62,446 nt of DNA from Candidatus Micrarchaeota archaeon (GTDB lineage Archaea; Micrarchaeota; Micrarchaeia; Micrarchaeales; CABMGC01). The notes under the pieces were generated by a model. That model saw nothing but the letters and a program-made list of their open reading frames with translations. It was not told the origin of the DNA and searched no databases. Position 1 is the stretch's first letter. Each line of letters starts with the position of its first letter. Position numbers and translations under genes: made by a program. The stretch spans positions 1-62,446 of the forward strand of contig JAJYWY010000003.1 of NCBI GenBank assembly GCA_021791245.1, written 5' to 3'. Below, piece after piece: positions 36,795 to 46,146 of the stretch.

Positions 36795-37667
36795 ATGCGT
36801 ATTAAGAGCCAATCTGCGATGGAGTACCTTATGACTTACGGATGGGCAATACTCATAATGGCAACAGTAATAGCTGCCTTATACGAACTTGGCGTATTCT
36901 CCATTAAAGGCCCAGCCGCTTCTCCAGGTTCTTGCCAGGTAAACAGGCCTGACGGACCTGGAACAGTAGACTTTATATCTCTCACAGGTCCATGCACAGG
37001 GCAGATGCCGCAGTATGTCGCACAGTTCAATCAGGTTAGTGTATGCACTTCTGGTAATGTCCCAATATATGTAACCTCGATAGGGGAGACAACAATGAAT
37101 CAGCTTACAATAACTGCGTGGGTGTATATAACTAGCGACTCGAATACTAATGGCCTCCTTCATTTAACTACCAATAATTGTGTGCCAGGTAATTTTTGCG
37201 GTATATGGATTAATGGTGCCTCTCACGTAAATATCGGCGCAGGCGATACCCAGGCCAACTATCCGTCAAACATTATTCCGGATAGTTGGTCATTTATTGC
37301 GATAGTACTTAATAATTTAGGCGGTGCAAAAGCATATTTGAATGGCAATCCTGGCACACCAGCTACCTGGAGCGGACCTCTGACAGGCGTAAGCTCTTTC
37401 AACATGCTTGGATACCTTAACGGATGCCCGGATACTTCAGCAGCAAGCATTTCCAACGTCCAAATCTACAACACTGCATTATCCCAAAATGACATTATAG
37501 CGCTTTACCAGGAAGGAATAGGTGGTGCACCCATTAATCTGCAGCATCTTGTAGGATGGTGGCCTCTTAACGGCAATGCAAATGACTATAGCGGAAACGG
37601 CAACGATGGGGCAGCGTCAAACTTAATATATATACAGAATTGGCAGACAGGATACACGGCACCTTGA
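36795..37667 (+). CDS. Class III signal peptide protein with LamG/ConA-like lectin domain
   Basis: KSQ-SAMEYLMTYGWAIL; TITAWV, WSFIAIV, ISNVQIYNTALS, LVGWWPLNGNANDYSGNGN. Confidence 0.88.
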   Translation: MRIKSQSAMEYLMTYGWAILIMATVIAALYELGVFSIKGPAASPGSCQVNRPDGPGTVDFISLTGPCTGQMPQYVAQFNQVSVCTSGNVPIYVTSIGETTMNQLTITAWVYITSDSNTNGLLHLTTNNCVPGNFCGIWINGASHVNIGAGDTQANYPSNIIPDSWSFIAIVLNNLGGAKAYLNGNPGTPATWSGPLTGVSSFNMLGYLNGCPDTSAASISNVQIYNTALSQNDIIALYQEGIGGAPINLQHLVGWWPLNGNANDYSGNGNDGAASNLIYIQNWQTGYTAP

Positions 37668-37877
37668 TATATCCAACTTCACACTTAGTTTATAAATTGG
37701 AATATTTACAGCATATTTTCTGCGTTTCTAGTAGCTTAACATTCTATATTGGCAGTTGAAGCATGTACACTAATTATTGAAAATATGGGCAGTGTTGGCG
37801 CATAGATGTTTGATTTATCATGCGTTTGCAGCCGCAGTACAATTTATATAGATTGATTTCGATGTTTATGTGATTAT

Positions 37878-39023
37878 ATGCGAAAGGCTTTTGAAGTTAT
37901 ACCGGAGGAATTCGTCTCAGATACAAGCATTTATGATTTTAAAATTTCTGTAACTGAGGCAGTAGAGAAGATTGGCAGGCACGGCGCGGTAATAGTAAGG
38001 AAGAACAATACATATTACGGAATAGTTGACGATCGCTCACTAACCAGGAAAGCGAATTTTCAGATAACAAAGAATATGTCCATAGGGAATTTTGCGGAAA
38101 AAACGCCAATACTTTACAACGGCAGCACAATAGAGAATGCCATAGTCTATTTCTACAACAGCGCCAGGAAGGCGCTTCCTTACCATAATGGGAAGAAGAT
38201 TTCAGGGATAGTGAAAAGGGAAAAGATTCTTGATTCTATTCTGTCGCTTCACCTGCTCAGGGATTTCATAGTAAAGGATGCCATGACTTCTCCCGTAATA
38301 GGAATAGACTCCAGGGCAAACATCGCACAAGCCAAGGACGTAATGGTCTCAAGGAACCTGAACAGGCTTGTAGTTCTTGAGAATGCCAAGCTTTTCGGGA
38401 TAATAACTTACAAGGATCTTATGTCGATAATGGCATCGCCTAATGAAAGGGCCCCGTCAATGACAAAATCTTTTTATAATCCTTCAAACACTCAGGTGGG
38501 AAGCATATGCATAAGGAACGTAAACACGATAGATCCTGAAAAAAGCATAGAAGACGCAATAAGAAAGATGCTCAACGACAAGGTATCGTCTCTTCTAGTG
38601 CTAAAGAATGGAAAGCCAACAGGCATACTCACGATGAAGGATATATTCGAGCTTGTTGTTGCTAACCTTCCGCAGGATAGGCCAAATATTATAATATCCG
38701 GGCTTGATGAATACACAAAGGAGTATGAGGAAGAAATACGGACTTCCCTCACCATGTTATTTGAGAAGCTCAACAAGATGCACAAATTCAGCTCTGATTA
38801 TGTATCAATCAATATAAAGAGGAATGCACCAAAGAACAACTATAGCATAAAAGCAAGGATAATGTCATATCATGGGAAGTCGTTCTCCGCATCTTCCGAA
38901 GGTTTCACCCTTGACCAGGCGATGAAGAATCTTACAGGAATCATCTCAAAGGAGATAAAGAAAAACAAGGAGATGATTATAACAGGCACAAGAGAAAAGG
39001 AAAGACCTGAGGAATATGAATAG
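37878..39023 (+). CDS. Four-CBS-domain protein with C-terminal HPF/RaiA-like domain
   Basis: CBS motifs YYGIVD, ISGIV, VKDAMTSPV, LFGIIT, TGILT; C-terminal IIISGL...YSIKARI...FSASSEG..LDQAM. Confidence 0.8.
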   Translation: MRKAFEVIPEEFVSDTSIYDFKISVTEAVEKIGRHGAVIVRKNNTYYGIVDDRSLTRKANFQITKNMSIGNFAEKTPILYNGSTIENAIVYFYNSARKALPYHNGKKISGIVKREKILDSILSLHLLRDFIVKDAMTSPVIGIDSRANIAQAKDVMVSRNLNRLVVLENAKLFGIITYKDLMSIMASPNERAPSMTKSFYNPSNTQVGSICIRNVNTIDPEKSIEDAIRKMLNDKVSSLLVLKNGKPTGILTMKDIFELVVANLPQDRPNIIISGLDEYTKEYEEEIRTSLTMLFEKLNKMHKFSSDYVSINIKRNAPKNNYSIKARIMSYHGKSFSASSEGFTLDQAMKNLTGIISKEIKKNKEMIITGTREKERPEEYE

Positions 39024-39480
39024 AACTAAGTCTCAGGCAAGCTTCGAGCTCCTTATAACGCTAGCCCTCGGCTTGTCCATACTTCTGCCAATAGTCGCTT
39101 ACGCTTTCCTGCAGATAGCGAATTCCAGCTCGTCGCTTGCCTCGGTGGAAGCCCAGCAGGCGGCATCGAAGCTTTCTACAGTTGCTACATTAGTCGGCAG
39201 CGAAGGCCCGCCTTCACGCCAGGTGGTACAGGTTCAGATTCCTCCAGGAGTCGAGAACATATATGTAGGGACAGAAAACAACAGCATAGGCCACGAGATA
39301 ATATTTACTGTCAGGTCGCCGAATGGCCTGAGCTATATAACCTCATACACATCAGTGAATGTAAGCGGGAATATTGGTGGAATAAGCCTCCCAGGAACTT
39401 ACTTAATAAATGAGACATCTTTCAATACCTGCCCATTCCAGGTGCCTGTACCATGCGTTTATATAACCCCAGTAACATGA
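39016..39480 (+). CDS. Class III signal peptide (pilin-like) protein
   Basis: RTKSQ-ASFELLITLALGLSILLPI; VGSEGPPSR.V..V.IP. Confidence 0.8.
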   Translation: MNRTKSQASFELLITLALGLSILLPIVAYAFLQIANSSSSLASVEAQQAASKLSTVATLVGSEGPPSRQVVQVQIPPGVENIYVGTENNSIGHEIIFTVRSPNGLSYITSYTSVNVSGNIGGISLPGTYLINETSFNTCPFQVPVPCVYITPVT

Positions 39481-39551
39481 TGTTACTGTAAATAGCCTAC
39501 TCTAGTTTTTTATTGTTTTGCTGGTAAATGTAATGCAACAGATGCGTATAT

Positions 39552-39626
39552 GGGTCCGTAACTCAGCTTGGCCAGAGTGGAAGGCTTTTAACCTTTAAGT
39601 CGTGGGTTCAAATCCCACCGGGCCCG
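39552..39626 (+). tRNA. tRNA-Lys(TTT)
   Basis: Acceptor GGGTCCG/CGGGCCC, anticodon arm GAAGG-CTTTTAA-CCTTT, T arm GTGGG-TTCAAAT-CCCAC. Confidence 0.95.
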
Positions 39627-39668
39627 CATGTATTTAATTTAATACTTGATAATACAATAGATAACATT

Positions 39669-40199
39669 ATGAAAATCATAGTCATATATGGGCCACCCGC
39701 AGTAGGGAAGCTCGCTGTTGCGCAGGAGCTTGCCAATATCACCGGCTACAAACTGCTCCACAATCACCTTGCAATAGATTTAGTAGAATCCGTTTTGGAC
39801 AGGAAGAAAAACAAGTTCTGGGAGCTCATAGACTCGTATAGGCTAAGCCTTCTCGATGCTGCAGCGCAGGAGAGCGTAGATGGCGTCATACTAACTTCGG
39901 TAAACATAAAAGGAAAAGACGATGCGTTCATAAAGAGCCTTATAGACATTGCGAAAAAGAATTCTGGGGATATATATTTCGTCCATCTTAAGTGCGAGAT
40001 GAATAAGCTCAAGGGCAGGCTTCAGGAACCATCGAGAAAAGAACATGGTAAATTGATGGATATAAAAACATTCGAACGCTTCGTATCGGAAAACGATGTT
40101 TTCGATCCTATCCCATTTGTCGATTCTTTCAGCATCGATAATACAAATGTCTCCGCAGCAGAGGCGGCTATGAGAATAAAGAAGCATTATAAGCTCTAG
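39669..40199 (+). CDS. P-loop kinase (NMP/shikimate kinase-like)
   Basis: IYGPPAVGK, LHNH..ID, IDNT. Confidence 0.8.
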   Translation: MKIIVIYGPPAVGKLAVAQELANITGYKLLHNHLAIDLVESVLDRKKNKFWELIDSYRLSLLDAAAQESVDGVILTSVNIKGKDDAFIKSLIDIAKKNSGDIYFVHLKCEMNKLKGRLQEPSRKEHGKLMDIKTFERFVSENDVFDPIPFVDSFSIDNTNVSAAEAAMRIKKHYKL

Positions 40200-40987
40200 G
40201 CACTTCCCCTAATCATGCTTAAAAGCGATTCATGAATGATTCCATTCGACATTAAAGCGCCTTTTATTTTCCTTCCATCGTATACTATCTTATTGCCTTC
40301 AAGATCCGTCACTTTTCCCCCTGCCTCGCAAATTATTACATCAAGGGCAGCGCTGTCATGCGAATCAATTGCAGGATGGAATGATGCTGCAAACTTGCCT
40401 GCAGCAACTCTTGAGCCATTGCACACTATGGAGCCAGGCATAAACACTGCCCCCCCTTTCCCAATAATACTTGCATGCAATCTCTGCAGATCTATCGGGT
40501 TTGTTTGCGCGCCAGCCCAGTAGCAGAATCCGAATGCTGAACCTTTTATGGATTTGTCTTTTGATACCGATATCTTCTCGCCATTCATAAACGATCCTTT
40601 GCTTTCCACTGCATAATACATTCTGTCAGAAATAGGCTCGTAAACTACCCCTACAAGGGCAATCCCAGAAACCGTGAATGCCAAAGAAAATGAAAAAGTT
40701 GGCAGCCCGTTATAAAATGCGGAAGTACCATCAACAGGATCGCAGATCCATACCATATTGCTTTTGTTGAGATAATTTCCTTCTTCAGATAGCACTTCGT
40801 GATAAGGAAATTCCCTCTTTATTGCAGATATAAGGTTTGAATTTATAACTTTGTCTGTGCTTGTCACTATTGAACCGTCTTCCTTTATTTCCTTGCCTAC
40901 CCCTGTCTTGAAGTCGGTCCTCATCTGTTCTCCGGCATTTCTTGCAAAATCGACTGCGAAATCTTTAAGATACTCTAAGTCTACCAA
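40196..40987 (-). CDS. suhB: Inositol monophosphatase family protein
   Basis: VTSTD, LSEE, WICDPVDGT, HDSAA..VI..EAGG.VTD. Confidence 0.88.
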   Translation of the reverse strand: MVDLEYLKDFAVDFARNAGEQMRTDFKTGVGKEIKEDGSIVTSTDKVINSNLISAIKREFPYHEVLSEEGNYLNKSNMVWICDPVDGTSAFYNGLPTFSFSLAFTVSGIALVGVVYEPISDRMYYAVESKGSFMNGEKISVSKDKSIKGSAFGFCYWAGAQTNPIDLQRLHASIIGKGGAVFMPGSIVCNGSRVAAGKFAASFHPAIDSHDSAALDVIICEAGGKVTDLEGNKIVYDGRKIKGALMSNGIIHESLLSMIRGSA

Positions 40988-41268
40988 AAAACCACTATTA
41001 TCCTTTAGTTCATTTGCCGTATTTATGCCTTACTATGCATTTGTTTGTGATTGCAGGTTTTGGATTGGAAGCCATATGTAGGAAGTTGGCAAATAGAAAA
41101 TGCACAAACCTTGATACGTCATAAACGTATATACTTGTTTTCTTTTTGAAAGAAAGCAAAAGAGGTCCCGATTTATTCGGAATAAAAAGTGGCCTTTTGG
41201 ATTCAAATGTCAACTTCCTAAGCCATATGGGCCAACATATGATTTATATAGATTAGAGTTTTATTTAT

Positions 41269-41853
41269 GTGGGACAAAATGATGCTATGAAACAGAGTTT
41301 GCTTAAAACTTACGAATTCAGGAAGCTCATTAAGCTTGTAATTATATTCATGCTCTTGGGGCTGCTCTTCTATTTCGTGAAATTAGGGCAGTGGAGCTGG
41401 GATATACTTCTTGCAGGCGCGCTGATATGGTGCGCTATTGAAGTGAATAGGAACAAGAGCAAATATAGCCTGTACAATGCAATAAAGATAGGCGCGTTCC
41501 TCCTGATCTTCGACTTTATCTTCGAAAACACGGGATGGATCTTTGGATTGTGGCAGACTTTCAGCACGGTATATGTTGGCGTGGTTCCGATACAGGTCAT
41601 GGGAATAGCTTTCTTTGGAGGAATAGCATGGGCCCTCTACCTCCCTAAAAGATTCAGCTTCTGGCATTCGTTCCCTGATGCGTTGGTATTCGGGCTTTTC
41701 GGTGCTCTGGGAGAATGGCTTCTTATCCAGCAGGGCCTCTTCGTGTACAAACTCTGGTGGACAAGCATATTTGCATTCTTCTCCTACTTCCTTACATGGT
41801 GCCTGCTGCACTTCATCAGATACAACGTGTTCAAGGACAAAAATGCAAAATAG
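41269..41853 (+). CDS. Hypothetical multi-pass membrane protein
   Basis: About 6 hydrophobic segments; E..G...GLW and E......GLF.Y repeats. Confidence 0.7.
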   Translation: MGQNDAMKQSLLKTYEFRKLIKLVIIFMLLGLLFYFVKLGQWSWDILLAGALIWCAIEVNRNKSKYSLYNAIKIGAFLLIFDFIFENTGWIFGLWQTFSTVYVGVVPIQVMGIAFFGGIAWALYLPKRFSFWHSFPDALVFGLFGALGEWLLIQQGLFVYKLWWTSIFAFFSYFLTWCLLHFIRYNVFKDKNAK

Positions 41854-41930
41854 ATAGGGATGATCAATGCTTATAACTGAAAGTATTGATATGGCCGATG
41901 CATGACTGCAGTGCTGATGCAGATTAAGCT

Positions 41931-44261
41931 TCAGTCGCACTTGCTATATCCGCACTCCTTGCAGTATATGCATCCGTTCTCGTTTACTAGGCTTTCCTCG
42001 TGGCACTTGGGGCATGTCGAGATGCCGATGGTCTTGTAATCAGAATCTGATGCCTGCCTTGCATTCCTATGCTGTTCTGCTTTTAGCGGTTCGGGCTTTG
42101 CATCTGCAAGCGTCATCTGCTGACTCTTGCCTATCATAGCTTCTACGGCCTTTGCTATAGCATCTGGAACGCTCAGCAGTTTCATCCCGTTGTCCCATGA
42201 TACATTATTGCCTTGTATGCCTTTCAGCTTCTGCACTACCATATTCGGATCTCCGTCATGCTGGAGATACAGGCTTATAAGCTTGCCAAGCGCCTCGCAG
42301 TAGCTCTTATCCTCATACCCTGACTTCCCTATGTTTATGAATACTTCGCGTAGGCCTTTGTCATCGCTGTTTGTTGTGACATATATTGATTCATCCACAA
42401 GGTTCATCCTGACAGTCTGGCCCATCATTACATTTGGCCTTCTGTAAACCTTTTCTGCCTGCGGAAGCGGACTCTCATTCTTCTCAAGCTCCTTCGCCTT
42501 CTCTTCGGTAAGAAGCACGCTTTCGCGCGAATTGTCCCTGTATATGGAGATGCTTTTGCATCCTGCTTTCCATGCCTGCATGTAAATGTTCGCGACTTCC
42601 TCTACTGTGGTGCTCTCTGGAAGGTTGACTGTTGATGATATTGCGCTGTCTATGTGCTTCTGTATTACTGCCTGCATATTAACCCTGAAATCAGGCTTTA
42701 TCTTATGTGCGGGAACGAAAAATTCTGGCAATTCATCCTCGGACTTAAGGCCGAACTTCTTCATGTATTCCATCACTGTAGGATGGTATATCTTGAAGAA
42801 CTCTTTAGAGAGCGATTCCGATCTTCTGGTATAGCTGAAAGCGAATATGGGCTCAATCCCGCTTGACGTGCCTGCCAGCACGGAGCCGCTGCCCACAGGG
42901 GCTATTGTTAGTATTGCCACGTTCCTAAGCCCATTCTTCTTTATCTTTGCCTTTAGGTCATCGCTAAGATTCTTTATGAAAGGCATGGACAGGTGCTTCT
43001 CGGAGTCAAAGAGCGGAAATTGCCCTTTTTCCTCTGATATATTCGTACTTTCGTCATATGCCCAGGTTTTCATCCTATCCATAAACTGGTCTACGAACTT
43101 GAGCGCCTCTTCGCTGTCATATTTTATGCCCAACATGACAAGCATATCTCCAAGGGCAGTGAAGCCAAGGCCTATCCTTCTGCTGTTCCTGCTTGCCTCG
43201 GTTTGCTCTTTTAGCGGATGCTTTTCCATGTTATATGTAAGCACGTTATCAAGGAATCGCGCCCCATACCTAATTGTAGTCTCAAGGTCTTTCCAATTTA
43301 CCTCGGCTTTTTCTGAAAATGGGTTATTTACGAACTTCTTTAGGTTGACATGGCCAAGGTCGCAGGCGTTATAAGGGTCGAGCGGCTGTTCAGAGCATGG
43401 ATTAGTAGTCAGAACATTCATCCCATTGTACTCGCTAGGCGAATATTTCCTTATGTTGTCCCAAAACATTATCCCAGGCTCTGCCCAGTCCCTTGCAGAA
43501 GTAACGAGCTCCTTCCACAGTTCCCTGGCTTTGACTGTACGTTCTATCTTGCCAGCATCCGGGCTCTCGTACCTTAGTGTGAAGTCCTTATCGTCTTCCA
43601 CCGCTTTCATGAATTCATCTGTCACTTTCACGCTTATGTTCGCGAACCTTACGCTCTTCAGGTTTCTCTTTACCTTTATGAATTCGAAAATATCTGGATG
43701 GTCAACACTTATGGTTATCATCAGCGCCCCTCTTCTGCCCGCCTGGCCTATTATCCCTGTTGTTTGGCTCATTATCTCCATGAAAGAAACAGCCCCGGTA
43801 GAATACATTGATGAGTTGTGGACAGGAGCCATTCTTGGCCTAAGTATCGATATGTCTCCGCCGACTCCTCCGCTGTAGCTGTATGTCTTCGCCGCTTCCT
43901 TGCACCACTGGAAGATGCCCTCTATAGAATCCTCCTTTATTGGTATCACATAGCAATTGAGCAAAGTTACCTTCCTCTTCGGCTGCCCTGCGCCGAACAT
44001 TATCCTGCCTCCAGGTATGAACTTGAATCCTTCTAATACAGAATAGAATTTTTCAGCCCATTCCTTCTTCTTGGCTTCGTTCTGTTCTACTCCCGCTATT
44101 TCTCTTGAAATCCTTCTCCACATCTCGTCCGGGGTCTTTTCAAGCTTGTTCCCATGTACATCCCTGAGCGTGTACTTCTCATAGAACACTCTAGCCCTCA
44201 GCTCGTCTCCGCCAAAAAAATCCAATGTTTCCTTAGGTATCTCCACAACTTCATCTTTCAT
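41931..44261 (-). CDS. nrdJ: Class II (adenosylcobalamin-dependent) ribonucleotide reductase with C-terminal TSCPD-like domain and Zn ribbon
   Basis: TLLNCYV, QAGRRGA, TNPCSEQPL, CDLG, RRIGLG, TIAPVGS, C-terminal CPKC...CKECGYSKC; start ATG 44261 after GGTGA. Confidence 0.93.
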   Translation of the reverse strand: MKDEVVEIPKETLDFFGGDELRARVFYEKYTLRDVHGNKLEKTPDEMWRRISREIAGVEQNEAKKKEWAEKFYSVLEGFKFIPGGRIMFGAGQPKRKVTLLNCYVIPIKEDSIEGIFQWCKEAAKTYSYSGGVGGDISILRPRMAPVHNSSMYSTGAVSFMEIMSQTTGIIGQAGRRGALMITISVDHPDIFEFIKVKRNLKSVRFANISVKVTDEFMKAVEDDKDFTLRYESPDAGKIERTVKARELWKELVTSARDWAEPGIMFWDNIRKYSPSEYNGMNVLTTNPCSEQPLDPYNACDLGHVNLKKFVNNPFSEKAEVNWKDLETTIRYGARFLDNVLTYNMEKHPLKEQTEASRNSRRIGLGFTALGDMLVMLGIKYDSEEALKFVDQFMDRMKTWAYDESTNISEEKGQFPLFDSEKHLSMPFIKNLSDDLKAKIKKNGLRNVAILTIAPVGSGSVLAGTSSGIEPIFAFSYTRRSESLSKEFFKIYHPTVMEYMKKFGLKSEDELPEFFVPAHKIKPDFRVNMQAVIQKHIDSAISSTVNLPESTTVEEVANIYMQAWKAGCKSISIYRDNSRESVLLTEEKAKELEKNESPLPQAEKVYRRPNVMMGQTVRMNLVDESIYVTTNSDDKGLREVFINIGKSGYEDKSYCEALGKLISLYLQHDGDPNMVVQKLKGIQGNNVSWDNGMKLLSVPDAIAKAVEAMIGKSQQMTLADAKPEPLKAEQHRNARQASDSDYKTIGISTCPKCHEESLVNENGCIYCKECGYSKCD

Positions 44262-44277
44262 ATAGTCACCGCAAACA

Positions 44278-44763
44278 TCATTTCTTTTTATTTCCTCCGG
44301 CTTTCTTCTTTCCATCCCTGCCCTTGAAGAGGGACAATGCCTTTATGAACTCTTCCGGAGATCCGAAATCGTTGTATACGCTGGCAAACCTTATATATGC
44401 CACAGGGTCGAGCTTCAGCAGCTCTTTCATAGCCATATTGCCTATTATTTTGCTTGATACCTCATTGTCTCCTTCCGCCTTTATCCTAAGCTCGACCTTG
44501 TCAGCTATGCGCTCTATTTCCTCTCTTCCTACCGGTCTCTTTTCGCAGGCTTTCGCAAGACCTATGATAAGCTTGCTCCTGTCGAAAAGTTCCCTTTTTT
44601 TGTCTTTCTTTATCACTGTTATGTTAGAGCTGCCTATCCTTTCGTATGTGGTGAATCTCTTTTTGCATTTCACGCACTGGCGCCTTCTCCTTATGCTCTC
44701 GCTGTCAACATCCCTTGAATCTATGACTTGGATGCTTTCCGAAGAACAAAAAGGGCAATTCAT
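44278..44763 (-). CDS. nrdR: Transcriptional repressor NrdR
   Basis: MNCPFC...VIDSR...IRRRRQC..CKKRFTTYE, ATP cone, LDPVAYIRFASVY. Confidence 0.96.
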   Translation of the reverse strand: MNCPFCSSESIQVIDSRDVDSESIRRRRQCVKCKKRFTTYERIGSSNITVIKKDKKRELFDRSKLIIGLAKACEKRPVGREEIERIADKVELRIKAEGDNEVSSKIIGNMAMKELLKLDPVAYIRFASVYNDFGSPEEFIKALSLFKGRDGKKKAGGNKKK

Positions 44764-44767
44764 AAAA

Positions 44768-44815
44768 ACACAACATATAGTGGATAAGCGTGGTCGCTTA
44801 AACAACACGTAGTAT
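44768..44815. promoter_or_regulatory. Tandem NrdR boxes
   Basis: ACACAACATATAGTGG (44768-44783) and AAACAACACGTAGTAT (44800-44815), 32 bp apart, just upstream of nrdR. Confidence 0.8.
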
Positions 44816-44869
44816 AATTATGGTATGGTTATAAAAACCCGAAAACATTGGATTTGATATTTAAGTATA

Positions 44870-45574
44870 TCAATCTTTATCAAGGAACTCAGGCATGTGC
44901 CTCTGCCTTATATCTGAAACCGTCTGCCATCTTTCCCTGAGGAACTGCTTCAGCGCGTTGCTTCCCAGATTCCTTCTTATGTACTCTACAGTCTGCTCGT
45001 CTGACGGATATCCTGATCCGAAATCATCCCCGATAACTTCTTTTATCCTGTCAACTTCCCTTTCCCTTGTCACTTTTGCTATAACGCTTGCAGCTGATGC
45101 CACAGGATACTTTGAATCCGCCTTGTGTTCTGAGATTATCTTTATGGCACCCGCAGGAGCCTTCTTGCGCTTCCCTTCCATCACCGAAAGCTGCTTACTT
45201 GAGATTATGCTTATTCTGCTCCCGAACTTCGACTGCACCACGTCAGGGGAATCAACGTATATCTTCTTTACATCGCAGGCAAGCTCGTCTATCAGCCGTG
45301 CAAAGTGCACCGCCTCAAGCTCGTTAAGGGAGACGCCGCCCATCATGGCGTTGTTGATCTCTGTTGCGCTTATTTTGTATACCTTGACCTCTTCGGCTAG
45401 GGACATTATCTCATCATAGAAATAGAACATCTTCTTCCTTGACAATAGTTTGGAGTCCCTTACCCCTATCTCAGAGAGCTTGCGTTCCCGGTTTTCCTTA
45501 ATTGCGACTACGCTGACAACGAGTGGCCCAATGACTGCACCACGACCAGCCTCGTCACAGCCAGCGATGATAAT
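44870..45574 (-). CDS. rnhB: Ribonuclease HII
   Basis: IIAGCDEAGRGAVIGPLVV, GVRDSK, EHKAD..YP....ASVIAKV.R, GSGYPSD, PIP box QRHMPEFL; inferred ATT start. Confidence 0.93.
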   Translation of the reverse strand: MIIAGCDEAGRGAVIGPLVVSVVAIKENRERKLSEIGVRDSKLLSRKKMFYFYDEIMSLAEEVKVYKISATEINNAMMGGVSLNELEAVHFARLIDELACDVKKIYVDSPDVVQSKFGSRISIISSKQLSVMEGKRKKAPAGAIKIISEHKADSKYPVASAASVIAKVTREREVDRIKEVIGDDFGSGYPSDEQTVEYIRRNLGSNALKQFLRERWQTVSDIRQRHMPEFLDKD

Positions 45575-45584
45575 CAGAACACCA

Positions 45585-45839
45585 TCATGCCAGGGATTTC
45601 CTATCTGCTATTATAAAGTCATTAACCGCCAATATTGCATTGTACGGTATCTGAAGCATGCCGTCTTTCAGGTCAAGCTTGCTTACAAGCCCGCTATCCC
45701 CGCTTGGCTCTACGAGAACTCTATCTATCTTTCCTGTCATCTCGTTTATCTCAGCATCAACGAACTTTCCAAGATAGAATCCATCGCTTGTTATGACTTC
45801 CTTCCCTAGCAGCTGCTCCGCAACTATATATTTTACCAT
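45585..45839 (-). CDS. Stand-alone PRC-barrel domain protein
   Basis: LLGKEVITSDGFYLGKFVD.EIN..TGKI...IPYNAILAVNDFII. Confidence 0.9.
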   Translation of the reverse strand: MVKYIVAEQLLGKEVITSDGFYLGKFVDAEINEMTGKIDRVLVEPSGDSGLVSKLDLKDGMLQIPYNAILAVNDFIIADRKSLA

Positions 45840-45984
45840 TTTTCGCACCTTCGCTCTACATGTAGCGATATCTACTACATATAATCATAAATAAATATCT
45901 TTCGCAGAGATGGTGAGGAATAGGGAATTGGCCTTTATATACCAGCTGCCGCAAACACCAGCCATTCGCCGTATAAGTCAGACC

Positions 45985-46068
45985 GCTTTGTCGGAATAAT
46001 CAAAAACTGTCGTATTTATGACTTTTGGGTCTAAGTTTGTCGGAATAATGCCTTTAAACCGACAAAGC
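45985..46068. promoter_or_regulatory. Direct and inverted TTTGTCGG repeats upstream of the T4SS-like operon
   Basis: TTTGTCGGAATAAT at 45987 and 46036; inverted CCGACAAAGC at 46059. Confidence 0.55.
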
Positions 46069-46146
46069 CGCCTTTTAGTTTATGTATCGAAATATTTAAA
46101 TATTTAATAGGGTATAAATTATATACTTTAGTAAATAAGTGAGACT

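Noticed and set aside
39552..41853. tRNA-Lys-anchored integrated element
   Set aside because: No integrase and no duplicated tRNA 3' end (att site) found by eye
45985..46140. Replication origin (ORB) or CRISPR mini-array
   Set aside because: The repeats are only 14 bp, lack the ORB TTCCA..GGAAA/G-string pattern, and no cdc6/orc1 or cas gene is nearby
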